64,000 bases of DNA. It comes from Pseudomonadota bacterium (GTDB lineage: Bacteria > Pseudomonadota > Alphaproteobacteria > Rhizobiales > MH13). The notes beneath the pieces are model-generated. The model did not search any database and had not been told where the DNA came from. It worked only from the letters and a program-made list of their open reading frames with translations. The stretch is taken from the NCBI GenBank assembly GCA_038749715.1, contig JBCDHR010000009.1, positions 23,200 to 87,199 of the forward strand, read 5' to 3'. Position numbers and translations under genes: made by a program. This document shows, piece by piece, positions 28,785 through 38,885 of this stretch (positions are counted from its first letter, which is position 1; each line of letters starts with the position of its first letter).

Positions 28785-30350
28785 ATGCCCGCCTATACCA
28801 TGTATGAATGGACCCATGCCGCGTTGGCGCCTGCTCGGGCCGCCGCCGACATGACCAAACTAGCTCTGCGTAACCCTCTTAATCCGTTCGGCGCAACGCC
28901 GATGGGCCGACAGATGGCCGCCAGTGCTGAAGTCTTTGAACGGATGACGCGGCGCTACGGCAAGCCTCATTTCGACATTGAAACCACGCTTGTTGGTGGT
29001 GAGCGGTGTGCTGTGACAGAAGAGTGCGTCTGGGAGCGCCCTTTTTGTAAGCTGATGCATTTCAAGCGTGATTTGCCTAAGACGCGCACGCATACCGACC
29101 CCAAGGTGCTGTTGGTCGCACCCATGTCCGGCCACTATGCGACCCTGCTACGCGGCACCGTGGAAGCCTTCCTACCGCGCCATGATGTCTACATCACCGA
29201 TTGGGTGGATGCCCGCGATGTGCCGGTGGCCGCCGGCGATTTCGATCTCGACGATTACATCGACTATATCCGTTCCATCTTGCAGCGGCTTGGGCCAGAC
29301 ACCCATGTCGTTGCCGTCTGCCAACCCGGTGTTCCGGTGCTCGCGGCTGTCTCCCTTATGGAGGCCGATGACGACCCGGCGATCCCGACATCCATGACCC
29401 TGATGGGCGCGCCGATTGACTCGCGTATTCAGCCGACCGAAGTGAACCGATTCGCTGAAGGCAAGGAGCTCGCCTGGTTCCGGCGCAACCTGATCAAGAT
29501 TGTGCCGTTCCCCAACGCCGGTTGCATGCGCCCGGTCTATCCCGGCTTTTTGCAGCTGTCGGGCTTCATGGGCATGAACCTGAACCGGCATATCAATGCA
29601 CATCGTGAGTTCTTCAACCATCTGGTGGAAGGCGATGGCGACAACGCGGAGAAACACCGCGAGTTCTATGATGAGTATCTGGCGGTGATGGACCTGACTG
29701 CTGAGTTCTATCTGCAGACCATCGATACCGTGTTCCTCAAGCACGATCTGCCGCTTGGCCGCATGATGCATCGCGACCGCCCGGTTGATCCCTCAAAGAT
29801 CAAGCGCTGCGCTGTGCTGACCATTGAGGGCGAAAAGGACGACATTACCGGTCGCGGTCAGACTCGCGCCGCACTTGACCTGTGCAGCGGCCTTGATGAC
29901 GATCTGAAGGCACATTACGAGCAGCCGCGTGTGGGCCACTATGGTGTTTTCAACGGCTCGCGCTTCCGAGCCGAGATCCGCCCGCGCATGACGGATTTCA
30001 TGCTGTCGGCCGAATGGCGCCGAAAGGGTCAGAAGGGCCGCAAGCCGACCAGCGCCCTGGCACAGAAAAGCGCCAACGATGATGTTCCGCCAGCTGAAGT
30101 TATCGGCCTGAAACAACCTTCGGGCCAAGCTGACGATCTTAAAAAGATTGACGGCATCGGCCCGGCATTGGAACGCCGCCTTAACGAGCAAGGTGTGTTC
30201 CACTATTGGCAGCTGGCGGCTCTGCAAACAGCCGATACGGAGAAACTGGAAAAGCGTCTTTCCCTTCGCGGAAGGATCGTCCGTGAAGGTTGGATTGACC
30301 AGGCCAAACAGCTTGCCAATGATGATGAGACGGCGCGCGCTTCCGCCTGA
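28785..30350 (+). CDS. phaZ: Intracellular PHB depolymerase with C-terminal helix-hairpin-helix domain
   Basis: VAPMSGHYATLLR, AVCQP (catalytic Cys), EGEKDDI, GHYGVF; tail DDLKKIDGIGP...WIDQAK. Confidence 0.92.
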   Translation: MPAYTMYEWTHAALAPARAAADMTKLALRNPLNPFGATPMGRQMAASAEVFERMTRRYGKPHFDIETTLVGGERCAVTEECVWERPFCKLMHFKRDLPKTRTHTDPKVLLVAPMSGHYATLLRGTVEAFLPRHDVYITDWVDARDVPVAAGDFDLDDYIDYIRSILQRLGPDTHVVAVCQPGVPVLAAVSLMEADDDPAIPTSMTLMGAPIDSRIQPTEVNRFAEGKELAWFRRNLIKIVPFPNAGCMRPVYPGFLQLSGFMGMNLNRHINAHREFFNHLVEGDGDNAEKHREFYDEYLAVMDLTAEFYLQTIDTVFLKHDLPLGRMMHRDRPVDPSKIKRCAVLTIEGEKDDITGRGQTRAALDLCSGLDDDLKAHYEQPRVGHYGVFNGSRFRAEIRPRMTDFMLSAEWRRKGQKGRKPTSALAQKSANDDVPPAEVIGLKQPSGQADDLKKIDGIGPALERRLNEQGVFHYWQLAALQTADTEKLEKRLSLRGRIVREGWIDQAKQLANDDETARASA

Positions 30351-30380
30351 ATTTACCAAATAAGCCATTGAAAATTTTAG

Positions 30381-30409
30381 AAAAAGACGCCGCTTCGGCG
30401 TCTTTTTTT
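30381..30409 (+). terminator. Intrinsic terminator after phaZ
   Basis: aaaaagacgccg-ctt-cggcgtcttttttt. Confidence 0.85.
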
Positions 30410-30485
30410 GTGTTTTTTCTTGAAACCAAAATTGCCGTCACCACGTCTTCTGCGTAGCAACACAAGACAAGGAAAACAGCGCACG

Positions 30486-30989
30486 ATGATGACGCAATCA
30501 GCTTCGTCTCACACCTATACTGGGCATGGGGAAGGCCGCCGGCGCGGCAGCTGGTTCCGTCCTGCCTGGACGCCTCCAATGATCGCCCTCATGGTGGGCG
30601 GTTTCATCATCGCCTGGCCGGTTGGCCTGGCTCTTATGGCCTACATCATCTGGGGAGATCGCATGGACGATATCAAGCATGAGTTCCGCCGCGGCTGGGG
30701 CCGTTTTCGCCGCGACATGGACATGGGCGGACGCACCGTCGATACCGGCAATGTCGCGTTCGACGAGTTCCGTGAAGCCGAACTGAAGCGCCTTGAAGAA
30801 GAGCGTCGTAAACTCGACAGCATGGTCGAAGAGTTCGACGCCTATCTGCGCAACCTTCGCCGCGCGAAGGACCAGGAAGAGTTCGACACCTTCATGAAGG
30901 CCCGCCACAACCACAATGGCGATCACCCGACCGAGGACACTGGTCCTTCAGCCGGACCGTCAACGGGCCAACAACCACCGGCTATGTAA
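30486..30989 (+). CDS. DUF2852 membrane protein
   Basis: IALMVGGFII.WPVGLA, TGNVAFDEFR, RRAKDQEEFD.FM. Confidence 0.88.
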   Translation: MMTQSASSHTYTGHGEGRRRGSWFRPAWTPPMIALMVGGFIIAWPVGLALMAYIIWGDRMDDIKHEFRRGWGRFRRDMDMGGRTVDTGNVAFDEFREAELKRLEEERRKLDSMVEEFDAYLRNLRRAKDQEEFDTFMKARHNHNGDHPTEDTGPSAGPSTGQQPPAM

Positions 30990-31014
30990 GGCTGATATCA
31001 ATCGCCTGAAAACA

Positions 31015-31044
31015 AGAAAGGCCGCTCAGATGAGCGGTCTTTTG
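31015..31044. terminator. Bidirectional terminator
   Basis: aagaaaggccgctc-agat-gagcggtcttt between convergent genes. Confidence 0.7.
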
Positions 31045-31073
31045 CATGTTTGATGCCGTAATGTCGAAGCCGG

Positions 31074-31502
31074 TCAGTCGAAACTCTTGGCAAACACCAT
31101 CGCGTCGTTCTTGAAGGTTTTAAACTCCAGCGCATTGCCTGCCGGGTCTTTGATGAAAAAGGTGCCCTGCTCTCCCGGCTCTCCGGCGAAGCGCACATAG
31201 GGCTCGATCACGTAGTCGGTGCCTTCTTCGGAAAGCCGTGTGTGGAGCATTTCCCAGTCATCCCAATCCATCAGCACGCCGAAATGACGCACTGGCACGG
31301 CTTTGCCATCGACACCATTTCTAGCGGCTTCGCCGATTTCTTCAGGCGCGAGGTGCGCAACGATCTGATGGCCGAACAGATTGAAATCGATCCAGTCGTC
31401 AGTCGAGCGCCCTTCAGGACAACCAAGCAGCTCACCATAGAAATTGCGTGCGGCTGTTAGGTCATCAACCGGGAAGGCAAGGTGAAAACGTGGCATGCTC
31501 AT
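31074..31502 (-). CDS. VOC/glyoxalase family protein
   Basis: [37 protein letters not shown]. Confidence 0.9.
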   Translation of the reverse strand: MSMPRFHLAFPVDDLTAARNFYGELLGCPEGRSTDDWIDFNLFGHQIVAHLAPEEIGEAARNGVDGKAVPVRHFGVLMDWDDWEMLHTRLSEEGTDYVIEPYVRFAGEPGEQGTFFIKDPAGNALEFKTFKNDAMVFAKSFD

Positions 31503-31561
31503 CGTATGCGATCCTTCGATTCGGCAGTTGGAACCTGCCTCTTCCTTGAGGCACCGAGGGT

Positions 31562-32326
31562 ATGATGTTCAAGCCACTTCTAACACGCGGACGCCGATTG
31601 ATCAGTGAAGCAGTTCCGCCGCTGGCTATGCCCGATGAGGTCTCGGTGCGTGGGGACCCACGTCCGCTAAGGGTTCGTGTTCACGCGAACGCCCGGCGGA
31701 TGATCCTGCGTTTCGATCCGCGAAGCGGTGATGGAAAACTCACTGTTCCTCCTGGAACGCCTGCAAGCGCGGCCCATACCTTCCTATCGCAGAGCGCTCG
31801 TTGGATCGACAGCAACGGGCCGGAGCTGCCGGACTCCGGCGCGCTCCCCTATCCAGCAACCCTCCCGATTGACGGTATCGACTGGCACATTGTCCCGACC
31901 GGGCGAGTACGCGGCACGGTGGTCCGTGAGCCGGAACGCGTTTTACGGGTACCAGGCGCGCCGCACCGGATCATGCCGCGCCTTGCTGGATACCTGAAAA
32001 GCGAAACAGAACAAAAGCTTACGCCCCTCGCCCTGGCGCTGGCGGACCGCTTGGAACGGCGTCCATCGGCACTTCGCTTTCGCGATCCGCGCAGCCAGTG
32101 GGGGTCTTGCTCTTCGGCTCGTGTACTAACCTTCTCCTGGCGTGTGATGATGGCTCCGCCGGAGGCGCAGACCTATCTGGTGGCCCACGAGGTCGCGCAT
32201 TTGGCCGAAATGAACCACAGCCGTGCTTTCTGGCGTACGGTCTCCAAACTGGAGCCAGATTGGAAAGCTGGTCAGCGGGCGCTTAAAGCCGCTGAGAAGC
32301 AGTTGATGGCCATCCGCTTCGACTGA
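31562..32326 (+). CDS. YgjP/SprT-like (DUF45) zinc metallohydrolase
   Basis: [28 protein letters not shown]. Confidence 0.88.
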   Translation: MMFKPLLTRGRRLISEAVPPLAMPDEVSVRGDPRPLRVRVHANARRMILRFDPRSGDGKLTVPPGTPASAAHTFLSQSARWIDSNGPELPDSGALPYPATLPIDGIDWHIVPTGRVRGTVVREPERVLRVPGAPHRIMPRLAGYLKSETEQKLTPLALALADRLERRPSALRFRDPRSQWGSCSSARVLTFSWRVMMAPPEAQTYLVAHEVAHLAEMNHSRAFWRTVSKLEPDWKAGQRALKAAEKQLMAIRFD

Positions 32327-32387
32327 AGCGTTTGCAGCAAAAGTGGATATCGGTTTTGCGTCCGAAAACGCGACAAAACATCAAGCT

Positions 32388-34538
32388 CTAAAAGAGCTGA
32401 CCGATAAACCGCGAGATCGGGTTGGATCCACCAGCAGGCTGTGCCGGCAGCACGATTGCGGACGGGTCCTGCTGCCGTCCTGCTGGACTGGTTGGGCCTA
32501 CACCGACGCCCGGAATAGGCTGCTGACCAATAATGGCAGAGGGATCAAGGCTCGCCAGACTTGCCGGATCAGTTCCCGGCAACATGGCGACCGGAACGCC
32601 AATATGGGCATCGGTCATGTAGGCTTGCCACACAGTTGCCGGCAGGCCTCCCCCGGTGATGCCATCCATCGGTGTGTTGTCATCTTTGCCAATCCAAACA
32701 CCTGTGGTGAGATTGGCCGTGTACCCGACAAACCAGGCATCGCGCAGGCCCTGCGTCGTGCCGGTTTTACCTGCGCCGACCCAGGTTCCCAGTGCGGCGC
32801 GACGACCGGTGCCGATGATGAGCGTCCGCGACAGCATACCGTTCATCGCATGCACATGGCGGGGATCGACAACGCGTCCAAAGCCAGCGGCCTCTCGGCT
32901 GTAGAGAATGGCACCAGACTCATCGCGGATGCGCTCAACCATGTAGGGCGCGACGGCATAGCCGCCATTGGCAAAGGGCGCATAGGCGGTCGTGAGTTCC
33001 ACAGGCGTGACCTCCGATGTACCGAGCGCGATGGAGGCATTGCGCTCCATCTGGGATTGGATACCCAGCCGTTCGGCCGTGTTGATCACGCGCTGCGGAC
33101 CCACTTCATAAGCAAGCTGCGCCGCGATGGTGTTGAGCGAAAGCGCCAAGGCATCGGCAAGAGACACCGACCCGCGATATTCACGGCTATAGTTCTCAGG
33201 CGACCAATCTCCGAACCGAACCGGCGCATCGTTGCGAATGGTTGCCGGGCTTAGACCCTGCTCCAGTGCGGCGAGATAGACGAACGGCTTGAAGGCTGAG
33301 CCTGGCTGTCGGCGCGCATCCGTGGCGCGGTTGAACTGGCTTTGCTGGTAATCGCGGCCGCCAACGAGCGCGCGGATGGCACCAGTTCCATCGACAGACA
33401 CAATGGCACCTTGCAGGTCTGTATCGTCTTGCTCGCCCAGTCCGGAGCGGAGCGCCAACTCGGCGCGCGCCTGAAGATAAGGGTCAACCGTTGTCTCCAC
33501 GGTGATGTCACCGTCAATGAGTTCAAGGATGCGGTCGAGCTCCTCCATCACAGCATCAGCGGCATAGTTGGCGGCCCCACGGCGCGCCCGGTCCATGGTC
33601 GCCGCCGGGTTCGCCCGAGCCAAATCGCGCTCTTCCTCGGTGATGAACCCGGACTCCACCATCGCTTGCAGAACAGTTGCAGCGCGGGCCTCGGCGCCTT
33701 CGGGGTTGCGCGTCGGCGCCCATCGTGAGGGCGCGCGCAAGAGGCCGGCAAGGATCGCTGCCTCGGCCAGTGTCACCTCCGAGGCTGACTTACCGAAATA
33801 GCGACGGGCGGCAGCATCGACGCCATAAGCGCCGGCGCCCAGATACACACGGTTCAAGTACAGCTCGAGAATCTGATCCTTGGAGTAACTGGCCTCCAGC
33901 CACACGGCGAGGATCAACTCCTGGATTTTGCGGCTAATTGTGCGATCGGCCGTCAAAAACAAGTTCTTGGCAAGCTGCTGGGTTAGCGTTGAGCCGCCCT
34001 GGACCAGCCGTCCCTCGCGCAAATTCACCGTCATCGCCCGGGCAAGGCCGATCGGGTCAAGCCCGAAATGTCGGTGAAAACGCCGGTCTTCGATAGCAAT
34101 CACCGCCTGGGGCAGATAGGCGGGCAGCTGCTCAAGCCGCACTTGTTCGCCGCCCGTGTCCCCGCGATTGGCCAGTAGCTGACCGTCATTGGCCAGAATG
34201 CGCACATTCGGCGGACGCTCCGGCACCCGCCACTCGGAGGCCGGTGGCAATTGCATGGCGTGATAGGCGATCACCCCAGCAAGGCCAATGCAGGCCCAAA
34301 GGCCCAACACTGCGCTCCAATAGACCATGCGGCCAAAAAAACGGCCAAATCCGCCGCCGCCCGAACCGCGCCCCTTGCGCTTGCGTCGTTCAGCCGGCCG
34401 TTTGCGGTTTCCGCCCGATGACGAAGGCCGTGCTGACCTGGTCTCCGATGCACCCGTACGCCGGGTTGGCGTTGCGCTGCCGCCAAAGCTGGGCTCAATA
34501 CGTTGGGCGTGCGTTTGTAGGCGGCGATTACGCGCCAT
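32388..34538 (-). CDS. Class A penicillin-binding protein (PBP1A family)
   Basis: EDRRF..H.G.D, QGGSTLTQQLAKN, RKIQE, YLNRVY; GSAFK, SLN, KTG transpeptidase motifs. Confidence 0.94.
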   Translation of the reverse strand: MARNRRLQTHAQRIEPSFGGSATPTRRTGASETRSARPSSSGGNRKRPAERRKRKGRGSGGGGFGRFFGRMVYWSAVLGLWACIGLAGVIAYHAMQLPPASEWRVPERPPNVRILANDGQLLANRGDTGGEQVRLEQLPAYLPQAVIAIEDRRFHRHFGLDPIGLARAMTVNLREGRLVQGGSTLTQQLAKNLFLTADRTISRKIQELILAVWLEASYSKDQILELYLNRVYLGAGAYGVDAAARRYFGKSASEVTLAEAAILAGLLRAPSRWAPTRNPEGAEARAATVLQAMVESGFITEEERDLARANPAATMDRARRGAANYAADAVMEELDRILELIDGDITVETTVDPYLQARAELALRSGLGEQDDTDLQGAIVSVDGTGAIRALVGGRDYQQSQFNRATDARRQPGSAFKPFVYLAALEQGLSPATIRNDAPVRFGDWSPENYSREYRGSVSLADALALSLNTIAAQLAYEVGPQRVINTAERLGIQSQMERNASIALGTSEVTPVELTTAYAPFANGGYAVAPYMVERIRDESGAILYSREAAGFGRVVDPRHVHAMNGMLSRTLIIGTGRRAALGTWVGAGKTGTTQGLRDAWFVGYTANLTTGVWIGKDDNTPMDGITGGGLPATVWQAYMTDAHIGVPVAMLPGTDPASLASLDPSAIIGQQPIPGVGVGPTSPAGRQQDPSAIVLPAQPAGGSNPISRFIGQLF

Positions 34539-34612
34539 TCATGGGCCTCAAAGGTTAAGGGGCTCGCTGGACAGAGGGTGGCCGCTTGCCCTCCATTGAT
34601 GGGCTTTCCGGC

Positions 34613-34628
34613 TTAAGACCCAGTAAAC
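34613..34628. promoter_or_regulatory. Possible CtrA box in the PBP1A / acyltransferase divergent region
   Basis: TTAA-gacccag-TAAAC, one mismatch to consensus. Confidence 0.35.
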
Positions 34629-34825
34629 ACTTTGGTTCGCTGGCCGACCCTTCCTGCCGCTAGGGTCGGCTTAACCCTAATGCTGACAATTCGTCGAAAA
34701 AACGGCCTGTCCTTGGTAGTTTCAAGGTGGGGAAGGCGACCATTTTAGTCTTGTTGGCGCGTGGATGCGGGCCATGGAAGGATCATTTCATGCGCCTTGC
34801 CGCAGCCACTGCTTCCAATCAGCCT

Positions 34826-35920
34826 ATGCCGACTGGCAAAACGCCACCGATTTTCTTCACACCGGATGGCCGGGTGGATTGGGTCGATGTTGCCAAGGGG
34901 ATCTGCATCCTCTTCGTCGTGATGATGCATTCCACTTTGGGCGTGGAGGCTGATCTCGGCGAACCATCCTGGATGGGCACCATCGTTGCCTGGGCGCAGC
35001 CCTTCCGCATGCCGGACTTCTTTTTCATTGCCGGCCTGTTCCTGATGAAGACCATTGATGCGCCATGGCGGCGCTACATCGATCGCAAAATCGTTCACTT
35101 TGCCTATTTCTATCTGCTTTGGATGGTGATTCAGGGCGTTCTGAAGGGTGGGCTTTTGACCGGTGACCCTGGCGCGGTCCCCGGTGTTCTCCTGACGGCG
35201 CTCTACGAGCCCTATGGCACCCTGTGGTTCATCTACATGCTGCCGATCTTCTTCCTGGTCACTAGGCTGACCAAGGCACTCCCGGTCTGGGTGATGCTCG
35301 CGTTCGGAGCGGCGTTAGAAATCGCGCCGATCTCGACAGGCTATCTGTTAGTCGATGAGTTCGCGGCTCGCTTTGTCTATTTTTACGCCGGTTATGCCCT
35401 GGCTGGTTATGCTTTTGGACTGGCAGATCGCTCGTCCAAGCGACCACTTTTGGCGCTCGGGTTTTTGGGCGCCTGGGCCATCATCAACACCGCCGCCGTG
35501 TTCACCAGTGTCGAGGTGTTGGGCGAGGTCCGACCGATCAGCCAGTTGCCGATCCTGTCGCTGGCCCTTGGGGGCCTTGGTGCGTTGGCCGTGGTCATTA
35601 CCGCCTCGCTGATCGTGAAGAGCTTGGTCGGGCGCGGCTTCGCATACATGGGCGCGCGCTCCATCGTCATCTATCTTGCCTTCTTCCTGCCGATGGTCGT
35701 TGTTCGCGAGCTAGGGATTCGCTTCGGCCTGATACCGGATGCCGGCCTGCTCTCATTCCTCACGACCCTTGTTGCTACCGTTAGCCCACTCATCGGATAC
35801 TGGATTGTGCAGAAGGTCGGTTTCGGCCGCTTCTTCTTCGAGCGTCCGCGCTGGGCCAGCATTGATCGCGGCGATCGGGATGGAACCCCACAGCGTGCGG
35901 CCATCGCTCCGGCGGAATAA
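34826..35920 (+). CDS. Acyltransferase family 3 membrane protein
   Basis: RVDWVDVAKGICI..VVMMH, FRMPDFF, LWFIY.L; many TM helices. Start uncertain (34790 or 34826). Confidence 0.88.
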   Translation: MPTGKTPPIFFTPDGRVDWVDVAKGICILFVVMMHSTLGVEADLGEPSWMGTIVAWAQPFRMPDFFFIAGLFLMKTIDAPWRRYIDRKIVHFAYFYLLWMVIQGVLKGGLLTGDPGAVPGVLLTALYEPYGTLWFIYMLPIFFLVTRLTKALPVWVMLAFGAALEIAPISTGYLLVDEFAARFVYFYAGYALAGYAFGLADRSSKRPLLALGFLGAWAIINTAAVFTSVEVLGEVRPISQLPILSLALGGLGALAVVITASLIVKSLVGRGFAYMGARSIVIYLAFFLPMVVVRELGIRFGLIPDAGLLSFLTTLVATVSPLIGYWIVQKVGFGRFFFERPRWASIDRGDRDGTPQRAAIAPAE

Positions 35921-35981
35921 CCGTTCAAAGCAGCAATTGGCATCTTTCCCCACTGGCGCGATCCTCTAAGATCGCGCCACC

Positions 35982-38885
35982 ATGACAGACGCCGCATCCC
36001 GCCCGCTCACCGCTGACGATCATCTTATGTTGGTCGACGGCTCGACCTATATTTTTCGTGCCTATCACGCGCTGCCGCCGCTGACGCGCAAGTCCGACGG
36101 GTTGCCGGTGGGCGCGGTATCGGGCTTCTGCAACATGCTCTGGAAGCTGTTGGCCGAGCCAGACCCGGAGCTGTTGGGCGCACCGCCGACCCACTTCGCG
36201 GTGATCTTCGACAAGTCGTCCTATTCGTTCCGCAATGACATTTACCCCGACTACAAAGCGCACCGGCCCGAGCCGCCGGAAGATCTTCGCCCACAGTTTC
36301 CAATCATCCGAGAGGCAACGCGCGCCTTTAACGTGGCCTGCATCGAGCAGGAGGGCTATGAGGCCGACGATCTGATCGCGACCTACACCACTCAGGCCGC
36401 CGAAGCCGGGGCGCATGTCTCGATCATCTCCTCTGACAAGGATCTGATGCAGCTTCTGACGATGCCGAACGTGGTGCTCGTCGACACCATGAAGGACAAG
36501 CGTACCGGTCCAGACGGAGTCGTTGAAAAGTTCGGCGTACCGCCTGAGCAGATGATCGACCTGCAATCGCTCGCAGGCGATTCGGTCGACAATGTGCCAG
36601 GCGTTCCCGGCATCGGCGTCAAGACAGCCGCCCAGCTTTTGGAAGAGTTCGGCGATCTGGAAACGCTTCTCGCCCAGGCGGACACCATCAAGCAGAAGAA
36701 ACGGCGTGAGAACCTCATCGAGTTTGCCGATCAGGCCCGCGTTTCCAAACAGCTCGTGACGCTCAAAAAGGACGTGCCAGCAGAAGAAGCGGTCGAATCC
36801 ACCGCTGTGCGCGACCTCGATGGCGAGCGTTTGATCGCTTTCTTGAAGGCGATGGAGTTCACAACTCTCACCCGCCGGGTGGCCTCGGCCACGGAAACCT
36901 CGGTGGATGGCGTAGAAAGCGCCTCGGTCTCAACGCCTGGCTTTGAGGGCGCGAAGGTGGAAGAGCGCGTGAAGGCAGACGGTGAGATGACACCGGCTGC
37001 CTTGGCCGAGGCGCGCGCCAATGAGGCGGCGTCCGTTACTATCGACGCTTCAAAGTACAAAACGGTGTTCGATCCAGCCAAGCTGGAATCTCTGTTCGAC
37101 GAGGCGCGTTGGTCGGGCATTCTGGCCTTTGATACGGAGACGACATCGCTCGATCCAATGCGCGCCGAGCTTGTCGGCTTTTCCTTCGCGCTGGAGCCAG
37201 GGCGGGCTTACTATGTGCCGCTGATCCATACGTCCGGCGACGATCTGTTAGGCGCAGGACACGATGAACGTCAGATGCCATCGGATAAAGCACTCACGTT
37301 ACTGAAGACCGTCCTTGAGGACCCGGCTATCCTCAAGATTGGCCAGAACATGAAGTACGATATCTCCATCATGGCGAACCAGGACATCTCGGTCGCACCG
37401 TTCGATGACACGATGCTTCTGTCCTATGTGGCTGGTGCTGGCACGGGTGGCCACGGCATGGACGAGCTTTCCACCAAATGGCTTGGCCACACACCCATCC
37501 CCTACAAAGAGGTGGCAGGTTCGGGCAAATCGATGATCACCTTCGACAAGGTGCCTATCGACAAGGCGACCGAGTATGCTGCCGAAGACGCCGACATCAC
37601 GCTGCTTTTGTGGCGGGCGCTGAAGCCGCAGCTCATCCCGCACAAGGCGACCACCGTCTATGAGACGCTGGAACGACCGCTTGTTTCTGTCCTGGCGCGG
37701 ATGGAGCGTAACGGGATCAAGGTCGATCGCCAGATGTTGTCGCGCTTGTCGGGCGATTTCGCGCAGGGCATGGCCGGGCTGGAGGCGGAGATTGCCGAAC
37801 TGGCGGGCGAGGACTTCAATGTCGGCTCGCCGAAACAGCTTGGTGACATCCTGTTTGGCAAGATGGGTTTGCCCGGCGGCAAGAAAACCAAGACCGGTGC
37901 CTGGGCAACGCCTGCCTCGGCTCTTGAAGACTTGGCGGCCGAAGGCCATGAGCTGCCCAAGAAGGTGCTGGAGTGGCGTCAGCTGCAAAAGCTTCGATCC
38001 ACCTACACCGAGGCACTGGCGCAGGCGATCAACCCCGATACGGGACGCGTGCACACGAGCTTTGCCTTGGCAGCAACCTCCACCGGTCGGCTTTCTTCTT
38101 CCGACCCCAATCTGCAGAACATTCCGGTGCGCACCGAAGCGGGCCGGAAGATCAGGAAGGCGTTCATCGCCGAACCGGGCTGCAAGCTTGTCTCCGCCGA
38201 TTACAGCCAAATCGAGCTGCGGGTGCTGGCGCATGTCGCCGATATCGATCAGCTCAAGCAGGCTTTTGCCGATGGGCTCGACATTCACGCCATGACGGCG
38301 AGCGAGATGTTTAATGTGCCGATTGAAGGCATGGATCCAATTGTCCGCCGACAGGCCAAGGCCATCAATTTCGGCATTATCTACGGCATCTCAGCGTTCG
38401 GTCTTGCCAATCAGCTTGGCATAGGTCGGTCGGAAGCCGGCGAGTACATCAAGACCTATTTTGAGAGGTTTCCCGGCATCAAAGCCTACATGGACGATAC
38501 CAAGGCCTTCTGTCGCGATCATGGCTATGTGGAGACGATCTTTGGGCGCCGGGCGCACTATCCCGATATCAAGGCGAGCAATCCCGCCATGCGGGCCTTC
38601 AATGAGCGGGCTGCCATCAATGCGCCGATCCAAGGCTCAGCAGCCGATATCATCCGCCGGGCCATGATCCGGATGGAACCGGCCCTTGCCGATGCAAAGC
38701 TGAATGCCAAGATGCTGCTTCAGGTGCATGATGAACTGATCTTCGAGGTTCCGGAATCAGAAGTTGACGCGACGCTGCCGGTGATCGAACAGGTGATGGT
38801 CGACGCGCCAATCCCGGCGCTCAATCTTTCCGTTCCCCTGGAAGTTGATGCCCGCGCAGCTGATAATTGGGATGATGCGCACTAG
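35982..38885 (+). CDS. polA: DNA polymerase I
   Basis: LVDGS..FRAYHA 5'-exo, FDTETT 3'-exo, TGRLSSSDPNLQNIP, ADYSQIELR, KAINFG..YG, QVHDEL. Confidence 0.97.
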   Translation: MTDAASRPLTADDHLMLVDGSTYIFRAYHALPPLTRKSDGLPVGAVSGFCNMLWKLLAEPDPELLGAPPTHFAVIFDKSSYSFRNDIYPDYKAHRPEPPEDLRPQFPIIREATRAFNVACIEQEGYEADDLIATYTTQAAEAGAHVSIISSDKDLMQLLTMPNVVLVDTMKDKRTGPDGVVEKFGVPPEQMIDLQSLAGDSVDNVPGVPGIGVKTAAQLLEEFGDLETLLAQADTIKQKKRRENLIEFADQARVSKQLVTLKKDVPAEEAVESTAVRDLDGERLIAFLKAMEFTTLTRRVASATETSVDGVESASVSTPGFEGAKVEERVKADGEMTPAALAEARANEAASVTIDASKYKTVFDPAKLESLFDEARWSGILAFDTETTSLDPMRAELVGFSFALEPGRAYYVPLIHTSGDDLLGAGHDERQMPSDKALTLLKTVLEDPAILKIGQNMKYDISIMANQDISVAPFDDTMLLSYVAGAGTGGHGMDELSTKWLGHTPIPYKEVAGSGKSMITFDKVPIDKATEYAAEDADITLLLWRALKPQLIPHKATTVYETLERPLVSVLARMERNGIKVDRQMLSRLSGDFAQGMAGLEAEIAELAGEDFNVGSPKQLGDILFGKMGLPGGKKTKTGAWATPASALEDLAAEGHELPKKVLEWRQLQKLRSTYTEALAQAINPDTGRVHTSFALAATSTGRLSSSDPNLQNIPVRTEAGRKIRKAFIAEPGCKLVSADYSQIELRVLAHVADIDQLKQAFADGLDIHAMTASEMFNVPIEGMDPIVRRQAKAINFGIIYGISAFGLANQLGIGRSEAGEYIKTYFERFPGIKAYMDDTKAFCRDHGYVETIFGRRAHYPDIKASNPAMRAFNERAAINAPIQGSAADIIRRAMIRMEPALADAKLNAKMLLQVHDELIFEVPESEVDATLPVIEQVMVDAPIPALNLSVPLEVDARAADNWDDAH

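Noticed and set aside
32343-38633. Long antisense ORFs (303 aa, 329 aa, 213 aa) over PBP1A and polA
   Set aside because: Typical high-GC codon-bias shadows with no recognisable motifs.
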